Origin: Gemmata obscuriglobus
GTDB taxonomy: Bacteria; Planctomycetota; Planctomycetia; Gemmatales; Gemmataceae
Reading direction: 5' to 3'
Length of the DNA: 32,000 nucleotides
Assembly: GCF_008065095.1 (NCBI RefSeq)
Contig: NZ_CP042911.1
Coordinates: forward strand, 1,860,001-1,892,000
Shown: one piece after another, positions 8,518 through 15,442 of the stretch
Layout of the letters: every line of letters begins with the position of its first letter
How positions within the stretch are numbered: position 1 is the first letter of the stretch
Translations under genes and position numbers: made by a program
The notes under the pieces: generated by a model
Told to the model about the DNA's origin: nothing
Databases searched by the model: none
What the model saw: only the letters and a program-made list of their open reading frames with translations

Positions 8518-9507
8518 ATGCCCCGCGAATTCGACCTCATCGGCCTCGGCAACTCGCTGGTCGACATCCTTGTGGAACTGAGCGAGGAGGAGTTCGGCCC
8601 GCTCGGGTTCGAGCGGGGCACGATGCGCCTCACCGAGCGCGACGAGCAGCAGAAGCTGCTCGGGGCGTTCCGCCAGCGCGAGCCGCGGCTGGTCAGCGGC
8701 GGGAGCGTCGCGAACTCGGTCATCGCGTGCTCGCAACTGGGCGGGCGGGGCGCGTTCATCGGGTGCGTCGGCGACGACCGGTACGGGCTGCACTACAAGG
8801 AAGAGTTCTCCGAACTCGCCATCGACTTCACCAACCCGCCGCTGGTGGGCGAGACGACCGGCACGTGCGTGAGCATCATCACGCCGGACGCCGAGCGCAC
8901 CATGCGCACCTGCCTGGCGGTGTCGAGCCACCTGGCCGACCGGCACGTCCCGGCCGGCAAGATCGCGGCGAGCGAGTGGCTGTTCGTCGAAGGGTACATC
9001 TTCGCGAACCCGGCGACCGGGCAACTCGCCATCCGCGAGGCCCTTCAGGCCGCCAAGGCGAACGGCACCAAGGTCGCGCTCACCTGCTCGGACGCGTTCG
9101 TCCCGCAGGTGTTCGGGGACGCGTTCCGCGCCGCCCTCGCGCAAAGCGACCTGCTGTTCTGCAACGCCACCGAGGCCGTGGCCGTCGCGGGCGGGGGCGA
9201 CGCGGCGGCGGCGTTCGCGAACCTGAAGGCGCTCGTGCCCAACGCGGTCGTCACCGACGGCCCGAACGGGGCTTTTGTGCGGTACCACGGTGCGGAGTAC
9301 CACGTCCCGGCGTTCCTGTGCCAGCCGGCGGACCTGACCGGAGCTGGCGACATGTTCGCGGGCGCGTTCCTGTACGGGGTCACGCACGGCGTGCCGGCGG
9401 AGACGGCGGCGCGGGCGGCGAACTTCCTGGCCATGAAGGTCATCACCCAGATCGGCGCCCGCCTGCACCAGGGGGCGAAACAGTTCTGGGCGGAAGCGTG
9501 TGTGTAA
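8518..9507 (+). CDS. PfkB-family carbohydrate/adenosine kinase
   Basis: ATG at 8518 has AAGGAG 6 nt upstream. Motifs are 'DLIGLGNSLVDIL', 'GGSVANS' and the C-terminal 'DLTGAGDMFAGAFLYG' (PfkB signature 2). The ORF-track start at 8374 is probably too far upstream. Confidence 0.9.
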   Translation: MPREFDLIGLGNSLVDILVELSEEEFGPLGFERGTMRLTERDEQQKLLGAFRQREPRLVSGGSVANSVIACSQLGGRGAFIGCVGDDRYGLHYKEEFSELAIDFTNPPLVGETTGTCVSIITPDAERTMRTCLAVSSHLADRHVPAGKIAASEWLFVEGYIFANPATGQLAIREALQAAKANGTKVALTCSDAFVPQVFGDAFRAALAQSDLLFCNATEAVAVAGGGDAAAAFANLKALVPNAVVTDGPNGAFVRYHGAEYHVPAFLCQPADLTGAGDMFAGAFLYGVTHGVPAETAARAANFLAMKVITQIGARLHQGAKQFWAEACV

Positions 9508-9634
9508 CGGGCGGGCGTCGCGTGCTCGGTGCGAGTGGAGCGGCCCAACACCGGCAGCTAAAGACACGCGGCGAAACGAATCCCGTTCGGAGCGGCGCGT
9601 GCGCCGAAGCTCGATCGAGAAGCCCAGAAGAGTG

Positions 9635-9708
9635 TGACAGGATCAACAGGACCGACAGGATTTCAAACCGATCTGTCTTCATCCGGTCGATCCTGTTGAT
9701 CCTGTCAA
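9635..9708. repeat. Inverted repeat with 21-nt arms (20/21 paired)
   Basis: The arms are tgacaggatcaacaggaccga and tcgatcctgttgatcctgtca. The arms also contain the internal sub-repeat 'gacaggat'. Confidence 0.75.
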
Positions 9709-9807
9709 AACCGGCCTTCGTCAGCACGAGGCCCGCGTGGGCCGGGGCGGGGCCGCGACCGTCCACCCGTTCTCAACACCAACCACCAACGGCTGAATAC
9801 CAAACGT

Positions 9808-10383
9808 ATGGCACGCAGACGGACGTTCATCGGCATCGACATCGGCGACGCGATCCGCGGGAGCGCGAAGGCGCTCCAAAAGGAGCTCGCGAAGGTGGAC
9901 CCGGGGGTGAAGTGGGTGACGCCCGAGAGCATGCACGTCACGCTGCTGTTCCTGGGCGACGTGGACGACCGCGAGCTGCACGCCGTCTGCAAAGCGGTCG
10001 CGGCGGCCGCGCGCGGGGAGCCGTCGTTCTCGCTGCGGGTGTCGGGGCTGGGGGTGTTCCCCAACGCCCGCCGCCCGAAGGTGGTGTGGGCGGGCGTCAC
10101 GGACGGCGCCGACGTTTTGCGGCGGCTGCACACGGCCCTCGAAGAGAAGATGCTGGCGCTGGGCGGCTACCGGTCGGAAGAGCGGGGGTACACGCCGCAC
10201 CTGACGCTGGGGCGGGTCAACACCCCGGAGGCCGCGGTTGCGGTGGCGGCCGAGTTGCCCAAGCGGACTGCGTGGCAGGGCGGTCGGGTGACGGTGGACG
10301 AAGTGCTGGTCTACGACAGCGAGCTGAACTCCGACGGCCCGGTGTACACGGTCGTGGGCCGTGCCCCGCTGGCCGGACAGTGA
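9808..10383 (+). CDS. thpR: RNA 2',3'-cyclic phosphodiesterase (2H phosphoesterase, LigT/ThpR)
   Basis: Two H-x-T-x motifs, 'MHVTLLFLGDV' and 'TPHLTLGRV', at the expected spacing in a 191-aa protein. Confidence 0.85.
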   Translation: MARRRTFIGIDIGDAIRGSAKALQKELAKVDPGVKWVTPESMHVTLLFLGDVDDRELHAVCKAVAAAARGEPSFSLRVSGLGVFPNARRPKVVWAGVTDGADVLRRLHTALEEKMLALGGYRSEERGYTPHLTLGRVNTPEAAVAVAAELPKRTAWQGGRVTVDEVLVYDSELNSDGPVYTVVGRAPLAGQ

Positions 10384-10566
10384 CCCCGGCGCGCAGCGAA
10401 GGTTCGCGCCGGCGCGCCTCGTGTGTTCCGCCACTTCTGCGGCCATCGGCCGAAACCGGGAATCACCCCCCGGTTACCGACCCGTGCGTGTGCCCCTCCG
10501 CCCGCCCAAGCTCGCGCTACAAATTCCGGAACCGTGCGCCAAAACCGGTCATGCTGGGAGCGAACG

Positions 10567-10960
10567 ATGACGGAAGAAAAATGGCTGACGGGCGAAGAGC
10601 CCGAGACGATGTATTGGTTCCTTGAGGACCGAGGCGAGATCAGCATCCGCAAGTTCCGCCTTTTTGGCTGCGAGTGTGTGCGAGATATCTGGGACGACCT
10701 GCCACATGAAGCCCTGCGTCGGGCGGTCGAGACTTGTGAGCGGTTCGCGGACGGACGGGCTACGGTAGAGGAGTTGGAGGTAGCACGTAAGGCCGCCAAC
10801 AGCGTCTACAAGGGTAACGGTGACAGCATCGCCGATCATAGTGCCATCGCTATCACCGAGCTTTGCCATACGATTCCGTCATTCCCAATGGGTGAAGGAT
10901 CGGCAGCCGGCATTTCTGCGGTTGCTGCCGAAGTGAGATTCGATCAGGTTACCCCTATAG
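10567..10960 (+). pseudogene. N-terminal half of a planctomycete/myxobacterial-type hypothetical protein, truncated by the IS insertion
   Basis: ATG at 10567. 'MTEEKWLTGEEPETMYWFLE...IRKFRLFGCECVRDIWDDLPHEALRRAVETCERFADGRATVEELEVARKAA' matches, from memory, the N-terminal pattern of a multi-copy family. The reading frame runs straight into the IS left end. Confidence 0.6.
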
Positions 10961-11020
10961 TGGACCCCGAAAACTGGACCGCCGGTTAAGCTATACCGGA
11001 GGCCCAGGAAAGGGGAACCC

Positions 11021-11308
11021 ATGGCGGGCAAGCGGAAGAGTCACTCGGCGGCGTTCAAGGCCCAGGTCGCGCTGGCGGCCCTCAAGGGCGACAAGACCAT
11101 CAACGAACTGGCGAGTCAGCACGGCGTCCACCCGACCCTGATTCATGGGTGGAAGAAGCAGTTGCTCACCGGGGCCGAGGCCGTGTTCGCCTCGGGGGCG
11201 AAGGGCACCGGCCCCCCGGAAGACAAGACGACCGAGTTGTACGAGCAGATCGGCCGCCTCAAGGTGGAACTCGACTGGGTGAAAAAAAAATCGGCCGCCC
11301 TCGGCTGA
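11021..11308 (+). CDS. IS3-family transposase OrfA (HTH)
   Basis: 'KRKSHSAAFKAQVALAALKGDKTINELASQHGVHPTLIHGWKKQLL' is a typical IS3 OrfA, with a leucine-zipper-like C-terminus. The ORF ends just after the A9 run. Confidence 0.85.
   Translation: MAGKRKSHSAAFKAQVALAALKGDKTINELASQHGVHPTLIHGWKKQLLTGAEAVFASGAKGTGPPEDKTTELYEQIGRLKVELDWVKKKSAALG
11282..11290 (+). promoter_or_regulatory. A9 slippery run at the orfA/orfB junction (recoding site)
   Basis: The sequence is 'gggtg aaaaaaaaa tcgg'. The orfB frame opens at 11283, immediately inside the run. Confidence 0.6.
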
Positions 11309-12149
11309 GGCCAAGCGTGCCCGGATCGAGGCCGAGCACCCGGAGCTGAGCGTCCGGCGCCAGTGCGAGCTGATCGGATTGAACCGCTCGACGGTGTACT
11401 ACGAGCCGACCCCGGAGAGCGCGGAGAACCTGACGCTGATGCGGTTGATCGACGAGCAGTACACGACGTGCCCGTTCTACGGGAGCCGGCGCCTGGCCGC
11501 GTGGCTGGGCACCCAGGGCCACGAGGTGAACCGCAAGCGGGTGCAGCGGCTGTTGCGGATCATGGGGTTGGAGGCCCTGTACCCCAAGCCCAAGCTGTCG
11601 GTCGGGTCCGGGCACAAGGTGTACCCGTACCTGTTGCGGGGCGTGGCCATCGACCGGGTCCATCAGGTGTGGAGCACGGACATCACGTACATCCCGATGC
11701 CCACCGGGTTCATGTACCTGGCCGCAACGATGGACTGGTTCAGCCGGTACGTGGTGGCCTGGCGACTGTCCAACACGTTGGACGGGTCATTCTGCCAGGA
11801 CATGCTGGAGGAGGCCTTGGGCCGGGGCAAGCCGGAGGTGTTCAACACGGACCAGGGAGTCCAGTTCACGGCCGCCGCGTGGGTCGGGCGATTGGAGCGG
11901 GCCGGGGTCGCGGTGAGCATGGACGGGCGGGGCCGGTGCCTGGACAACGTGTTCGTGGAGCGCCTGTGGCGGAGCGTCAAGTACGAGGACGTGTACCTCA
12001 AGGGTTACGAGTCGGTGCCGGCCCTGGAGAGTGGGCTCCGGGCGTACTTCGGGTTCTACAACACCGAGCGGTTACACCAGTCCCTGGACTACCGCACCCC
12101 GGCTCAGGTGTATGGCGTCGGAGCCACGAAGGCCCCGACGAAACAGTAG
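11283..12149 (+). CDS. IS3-family transposase OrfB (DDE/rve integrase core); no ATG of its own
   Basis: The open frame runs from 11283 (the track lists it from TTG 11379). 'HPELSVRRQCELIGLNRSTVYY' is the typical OrfB N-terminus. DDE residues sit in 'VWSTDITYI', 'VFNTDQGVQF' and 'DNVFVERLWRSVKYE'. Confidence 0.85.
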   Translation, partial: KKNRPPSAEAKRARIEAEHPELSVRRQCELIGLNRSTVYYEPTPESAENLTLMRLIDEQYTTCPFYGSRRLAAWLGTQGHEVNRKRVQRLLRIMGLEALYPKPKLSVGSGHKVYPYLLRGVAIDRVHQVWSTDITYIPMPTGFMYLAATMDWFSRYVVAWRLSNTLDGSFCQDMLEEALGRGKPEVFNTDQGVQFTAAAWVGRLERAGVAVSMDGRGRCLDNVFVERLWRSVKYEDVYLKGYESVPALESGLRAYFGFYNTERLHQSLDYRTPAQVYGVGATKAPTKQ

Positions 12150-12188
12150 CGAAGGATAGCAACTTTTTGGTCTAGACAATGGGGTCCA

Positions 12189-12488
12189 CTGTACCCCTGG
12201 CACGTTGCCAGGAGAAAAGCGAAACAGTTGCATTGTCGGCTTCTCCGCGACATCTTCGGAAACCCTTTTCGCCCGGTCACCTTCTCCCCGTCCTGGCGCA
12301 CCGACACCGCCTTATCACTTGCTCAGGGCATGTACGACTCACGCGACTTCGGCGCGATGCCGATCCTCGCGGACGCCCTTCAAGACGCCGGGTGCGACAA
12401 CCACGACATCCTGAGCCACTGCCGCGACCCGAAGGGAGTTCACGTCCGCGGGTGCTGGGTGGTCGATCTCGTCCTGGTGAAAAGCTGA
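12189..12488 (+). pseudogene. C-terminal half of the IS-disrupted gene
   Basis: 'LLRDIFGNPFRPVTFSPSWRTDTALSLAQGMYDSRDFGAMPILADALQDAGCDNHDILSHCRDPKGVHVRGCWVVDLVLVKS' is the conserved C-terminal module of the same family as 10567-10960. The frame is open back to the IS right end and has no credible start. Confidence 0.65.
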
Positions 12489-12553
12489 CCAGTTCCGTAA
12501 TGCTCTCAGAACGGGGGCGGCTGTGAACGAGCGCTTTCCCACGGGCCAAGTTA

Positions 12554-12673
12554 CATCGTGAGTGCGGCGTTCGGGTCGGTGCCGAAGTAGTACAGCTTGC
12601 CGCGAACCTTTTTGGCCCATTGACCGGTCTGGTGGTAGAACAACGGGGAGTCGGGGTACAGCTTTTTCTGCTT
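12554..12673 (-). pseudogene. 40-codon remnant resembling the N-terminus of a planctomycete tyrosine integrase
   Basis: '[40 protein letters not shown]' is bounded by stops on both sides. From memory it matches the '..PLF.H.[11 protein letters not shown].yYFG...dp..AL' integrase N-terminal pattern. Confidence 0.35.
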
Positions 12674-12788
12674 CTACGCCGCGGTGCCCGGTGCGGTTGT
12701 AGTCCGGAGCGTATTCGGTGCCCCGGGTGTAGTGCCATGATAAGGCGATGTCGGAGATGTGTTGAATTCGCCTGGCTTTAAGCCGCTT

Positions 12789-12862
12789 GCGCCCGTAGCT
12801 CAACTGGACAGAGCATCCGCCTTCTAAGCGGAAGCGTGTGGGTTCGACTCCCACCGGGCGTA
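12789..12862 (+). tRNA. tRNA-Arg (anticodon TCT)
   Basis: Hand-folded cloverleaf. Acceptor GCGCCCG/CGGGCGT (G1:U72), D arm GCTC-AACTGGACA-GAGC, anticodon arm TCCGC-CTTCTAA-GCGGA, variable loop AGCGT, T arm GTGGG-TTCGACT-CCCAC, discriminator A. No CCA is encoded. Confidence 0.9.
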
Positions 12863-12874
12863 CTTTCCTCTTCC
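12815..12874 (+). repeat. attL-like copy of a 60-bp perfect direct repeat (tRNA positions 26-73 plus 12 nt)
   Basis: Identical to 31653-31712: atccgccttctaagcggaagcgtgtgggttcgactcccaccgggcgtactttcctcttcc. Confidence 0.9.
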
Positions 12875-12923
12875 CCTCCCGTCTCCTCTCGTTCGTCCTC
12901 TTTGCTTTGTTTTCAAGCATTTT

Positions 12924-12961
12924 GAGCGGCTGAGCGATTTCACTTACTTCCTCAGCCGCTC
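12924..12961 (+). terminator. Hairpin downstream of tRNA-Arg (11-bp stem, 16-nt loop)
   Basis: gagcggctgag...ctcagccgctc. It is homologous in sequence and position to the hairpin after the partial tRNA copy at 31754-31781. Confidence 0.35.
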
Positions 12962-13043
12962 CCGATGGTTTTCGCCCCTTCTCGCCTTCTGCTGCTCCCG
13001 CTGCTGCTCCCTGCTGCTCCCGATGACCGGATGCGCTCGGCCC

Positions 13044-13250
13044 GGGAAGGGCGAAACGAGCCACGGCTGCGGCGGTGTTCTGGAGGTTGACGTGCGCGTA
13101 CCGATCCATCGTCAGCGTAATTGTGGAGTGGCGGGCCAGTTCCTTCGCGTCCTGTGGTGCGACTCCCGCGCTTACCAAGTTGGTAATGAACGTGTGCCGC
13201 AAGGAATGGAAATCGGCTACTTCGTTCTCCCGGTTACGGTAGGCGAGGAA
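13044..13250 (-). pseudogene. Tyrosine recombinase (integrase) C-terminal catalytic fragment
   Basis: 'ADFHSLRHTFITNLVSAGVAPQDAKELARHSTITLTMDRYAHV' carries the box II H-x-x-R ... H ... Y motif. Everything upstream of it is missing. The frame continues without a stop through the antisense tRNA. Confidence 0.65.
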
Positions 13251-13890
13251 ACCGGTTCCGCCCGTCCGGCCCGATCGCCAGCTCGTGCAGCCGCATCTGC
13301 CCGAGCGTGTGCCGCAGTTCCCGGATCGGCCCGACCTCGGCCGGGTGCGCCCTCGCCCGCTCCCGGAACGTCTCGTCGTCGAGCGCCAGGGCGCCGCTCG
13401 GGAGCCGCGGCCACGCGATTCGCTTACGGGACAGGTACGCGGCCCACCGGTCCGCGGAGAACGTGAGCGGGCCGTCCCCGAGCAGCCGGTCCCCGGGGCC
13501 TATGAGGTCGGCGGCCCGGCGGATCACGTCCGGGTGGTGCTTGGGCCGCGGCGCCGGGTCGGGCTCGGCCAGCACCGCCCACAGCTTCGGCGCGTAATCC
13601 GCGTCGACGCCGGCCGGGTCGTACCCCGTCCCGATGCCCAGGTCCGGGAGTTCGCCCGCCAGTTCGCGCGCCCGCACGTCGAGCCCGGGCACGTCCAGGT
13701 GGTCCTTTCCCTCCCCGAGCAGCTTCTGCACCCGGGCCTCGGTCAGCCCGGTGGCCCGGCGCGCGGCCCGGATCGCGGCCAGTCGGTCGGCGGTCGCCTC
13801 GACCTCGAGGCGGTGCAGGTGCCCGGCCCGGTGCTGGGCGATCGCGCTCCTCGGACTGGTCGCGTCCAGTGTGGTCGGCGCGTACTTATA
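13234..13890 (-). pseudogene. Internal fragment of a family-A (PolI-like, phage/plasmid type) DNA polymerase
   Basis: From memory, 'WAAYLSRKRIAWPRLPSGALALDDETFRERARAHPAEVGPIRELRHTLGQMRLHELAIGPDGRNR' matches the region before the '..TGRN.PS' motif of mobile-element PolA proteins. The homology stops abruptly at about 13255, where the integrase fragment starts. Confidence 0.5.
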
Positions 13891-14212
13891 CTACCCGGAC
13901 CGCCGGCAGTGCTTTGAAGACATGAGGGGCGTTCACGCGGAAGCGGTCGTGGGCCCTCGCACGGGCAAGCGGGACGAGGCGATCCGGCACCTGGAGCACT
14001 GCGACCTGCTCACCCGCAAGCTCCAGGTGGGCGTGTACCTCCGCGACCTCTCGATCACCGGGGAGCAGGCGAAGGCGTCCGACGACCTGCGCGAGGAGCT
14101 GGAAGAGGTGCGCGACGCGCTCATCGCCCGCGACGCCGACGGCGCGCGGGCGCGGCTGCCGAAACTGGAGGCGGCGTACCGCGCCTGCCGGGACGCGTAT
14201 GTGACGCCGTAA
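13855..14212 (+). pseudogene. 3' fragment of a membrane-protein gene (TM helix plus helical C-terminal domain), N-terminus missing
   Basis: 'AIALLGLVASSVVGAYLYYPDRRQCFEDMRGVHAEAV...RKLQVGVYLRDL...LEAAYRACRDAYVTP*'. It converges on the PQQ-propeller gene. Upstream sequence belongs to the polymerase fragment on the other strand. Confidence 0.3.
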
Positions 14213-14218
14213 CGGCGG

Positions 14219-15442
14219 TCACTCGCCCAGGCACCACAGGTGCTTGTCGCCGCGGACGAACACGCGGCCGCCCGCCAGCGCGAGCGACGCGGCGGCGTCT
14301 TCGCCGAGCGGGTTCTTCGCGATCACCTCGAACTCGTCGGCCGCTTTCACCACCGTCGTGGTCCCGTCGAGGGCGGTGAAGTAGATCCGCCCGCCGGCCG
14401 CCACCGGCGACGGCCGCATCCGCCCGGCCCCGAGCCGCTCGCGCCACTTCTCCGCGCCGGTCTTCAGGTCCAGGCACGTCGCGGTGCCCTGGTCGTCGCT
14501 CACGAAGTACAGGTCGCCGACGACGACCGCCGAGGGCACGAACGGGCCGGTCTTCTTCGACTGCCAAAGTACCTTCGGTTGCGAGACGGTCAGATCGACC
14601 GCGAGCGTCGCCCCCGCCGGCCCGGACACCGCGAACAGCCGGCCCCCGCGCACGACCGGCGTGCAGGAGCAGAGCCGCTCCAGCCCGTCGAGGCTCCACC
14701 GCTCCTTGCCGGTGGCGAGGTCGTAGCCCTTGATCGTTTTCGTGCCGAGGCACACGGCCTGGCGGTCGCCGCCCACCGTCGCGACGACCGGCGTGGCCCA
14801 GTTGTCGTACACCCCGCGCCGCTCGGCCCTCCACTTGGTCTTTCCCGTCGTGAGGTCCGCCGCGAGCAGGTACGAGCCTTCCAGGTGATCGACCTGCACC
14901 AGCACCACACCGCCCGCGACGATCGGGGACGCGGCGATGCCGTAGTCGTTGCGGATCACGCCGTACTCCTTCGTCAGGGACCGCGCCCACAGCGGCTTGC
15001 CGGCGCGGTCGAGGACCACCAGGTCGCCGGTGCCGAACAGCGCGACCACGGCCTTATCGGTGACGGCCGCGGTACACGCCGCGTGCCCGCGCTCGGGCGG
15101 GAACATGCTGAACGGGGCGTCGGCCGGGGTCGCCGTCAGGTCGGTGCGCCACCGCTCCTGGCCGGTCGCCCGGTCGTAGCACAGGACGTGCAGTTCCGAG
15201 TGGTCGCGGCCGGACGACGCGGTCAGGATCACGTCGTCGCCGACCACGACCGGGCTGCTGTTGCCCGCGCCGGGGAGCTTTGCCTTCCAGCGCACGTTCG
15301 TGCCGGCCTTCCCGTCCCACTCGGTCGGGAACCCGGTTTCGGCGCTCACCCCGTCGGCGGTCGGGCCGCGCCACTGGGGCCAGTCGGCTGCGGCGCTGAG
15401 CGGCAGGAGCATTAGGGCGAGAATGACGAGCGCGCGGTTCAT
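14219..15442 (-). CDS. PQQ-like beta-propeller repeat protein (BamB/YfgL-like), secreted
   Basis: ATG at 15442 overlaps the upstream stop (ATGA). The signal peptide is '[27 protein letters not shown]', followed by repeated 'SSPVV.GD.V' / 'W...L' propeller blades. Confidence 0.85.
   Translation of the reverse strand: MNRALVILALMLLPLSAAADWPQWRGPTADGVSAETGFPTEWDGKAGTNVRWKAKLPGAGNSSPVVVGDDVILTASSGRDHSELHVLCYDRATGQERWRTDLTATPADAPFSMFPPERGHAACTAAVTDKAVVALFGTGDLVVLDRAGKPLWARSLTKEYGVIRNDYGIAASPIVAGGVVLVQVDHLEGSYLLAADLTTGKTKWRAERRGVYDNWATPVVATVGGDRQAVCLGTKTIKGYDLATGKERWSLDGLERLCSCTPVVRGGRLFAVSGPAGATLAVDLTVSQPKVLWQSKKTGPFVPSAVVVGDLYFVSDDQGTATCLDLKTGAEKWRERLGAGRMRPSPVAAGGRIYFTALDGTTTVVKAADEFEVIAKNPLGEDAAASLALAGGRVFVRGDKHLWCLGE

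Larger units (their letters stand above)
10957..12191 (+). mobile_element. IS3-family insertion sequence (about 1.23 kb)
   Basis: The terminal inverted repeats are (at)agTGGACCCCgaaaaCTgGACC on the left and GGTCtAGacaatGGGGTCCActg on the right, a TG...CA type. It contains orfA plus a DDE orfB. The 7-nt 'tacccct' occurs on both flanks (10950-10956 and 12192-12198). The ends are uncertain by about 5 nt. Confidence 0.85.

Noticed and set aside
5950-9567. A 1205-aa ORF on the minus strand. Similar very long ORFs are 8367-10625 (+), 14240-15415 (+), 15457-16707 (+), 18063-19340 (+), 19938-21353 (+) and 25718-26998 (upper part).
   Set aside because: They lie antisense to, or out of frame with, genes that have clear family signatures (gltX, PfkB, PQQ, DUF1559 and others). 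Their translations are Arg/Pro/Gly/Ala low-complexity strings, typical of stop-poor alternative frames in about 70% GC DNA.
12339-13202. A 287-aa minus-strand ORF spanning the tRNA.
   Set aside because: Only its first roughly 55 codons (the integrase box II / Tyr region) look like real protein. The rest is read-through across the antisense tRNA and unrelated sequence, so I did not call the whole ORF as a gene.
12554-13250. An SSV-type 'integrase split by its own attP' model, linking the N-terminal-like fragment left of the tRNA with the C-terminal fragment right of it.
   Set aside because: The order and orientation are wrong. On the minus strand the catalytic C-terminal fragment comes before the tRNA and the N-terminal-like fragment after it. 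An SSV-type split would also place the two halves at opposite ends of the island, not on either side of attL.
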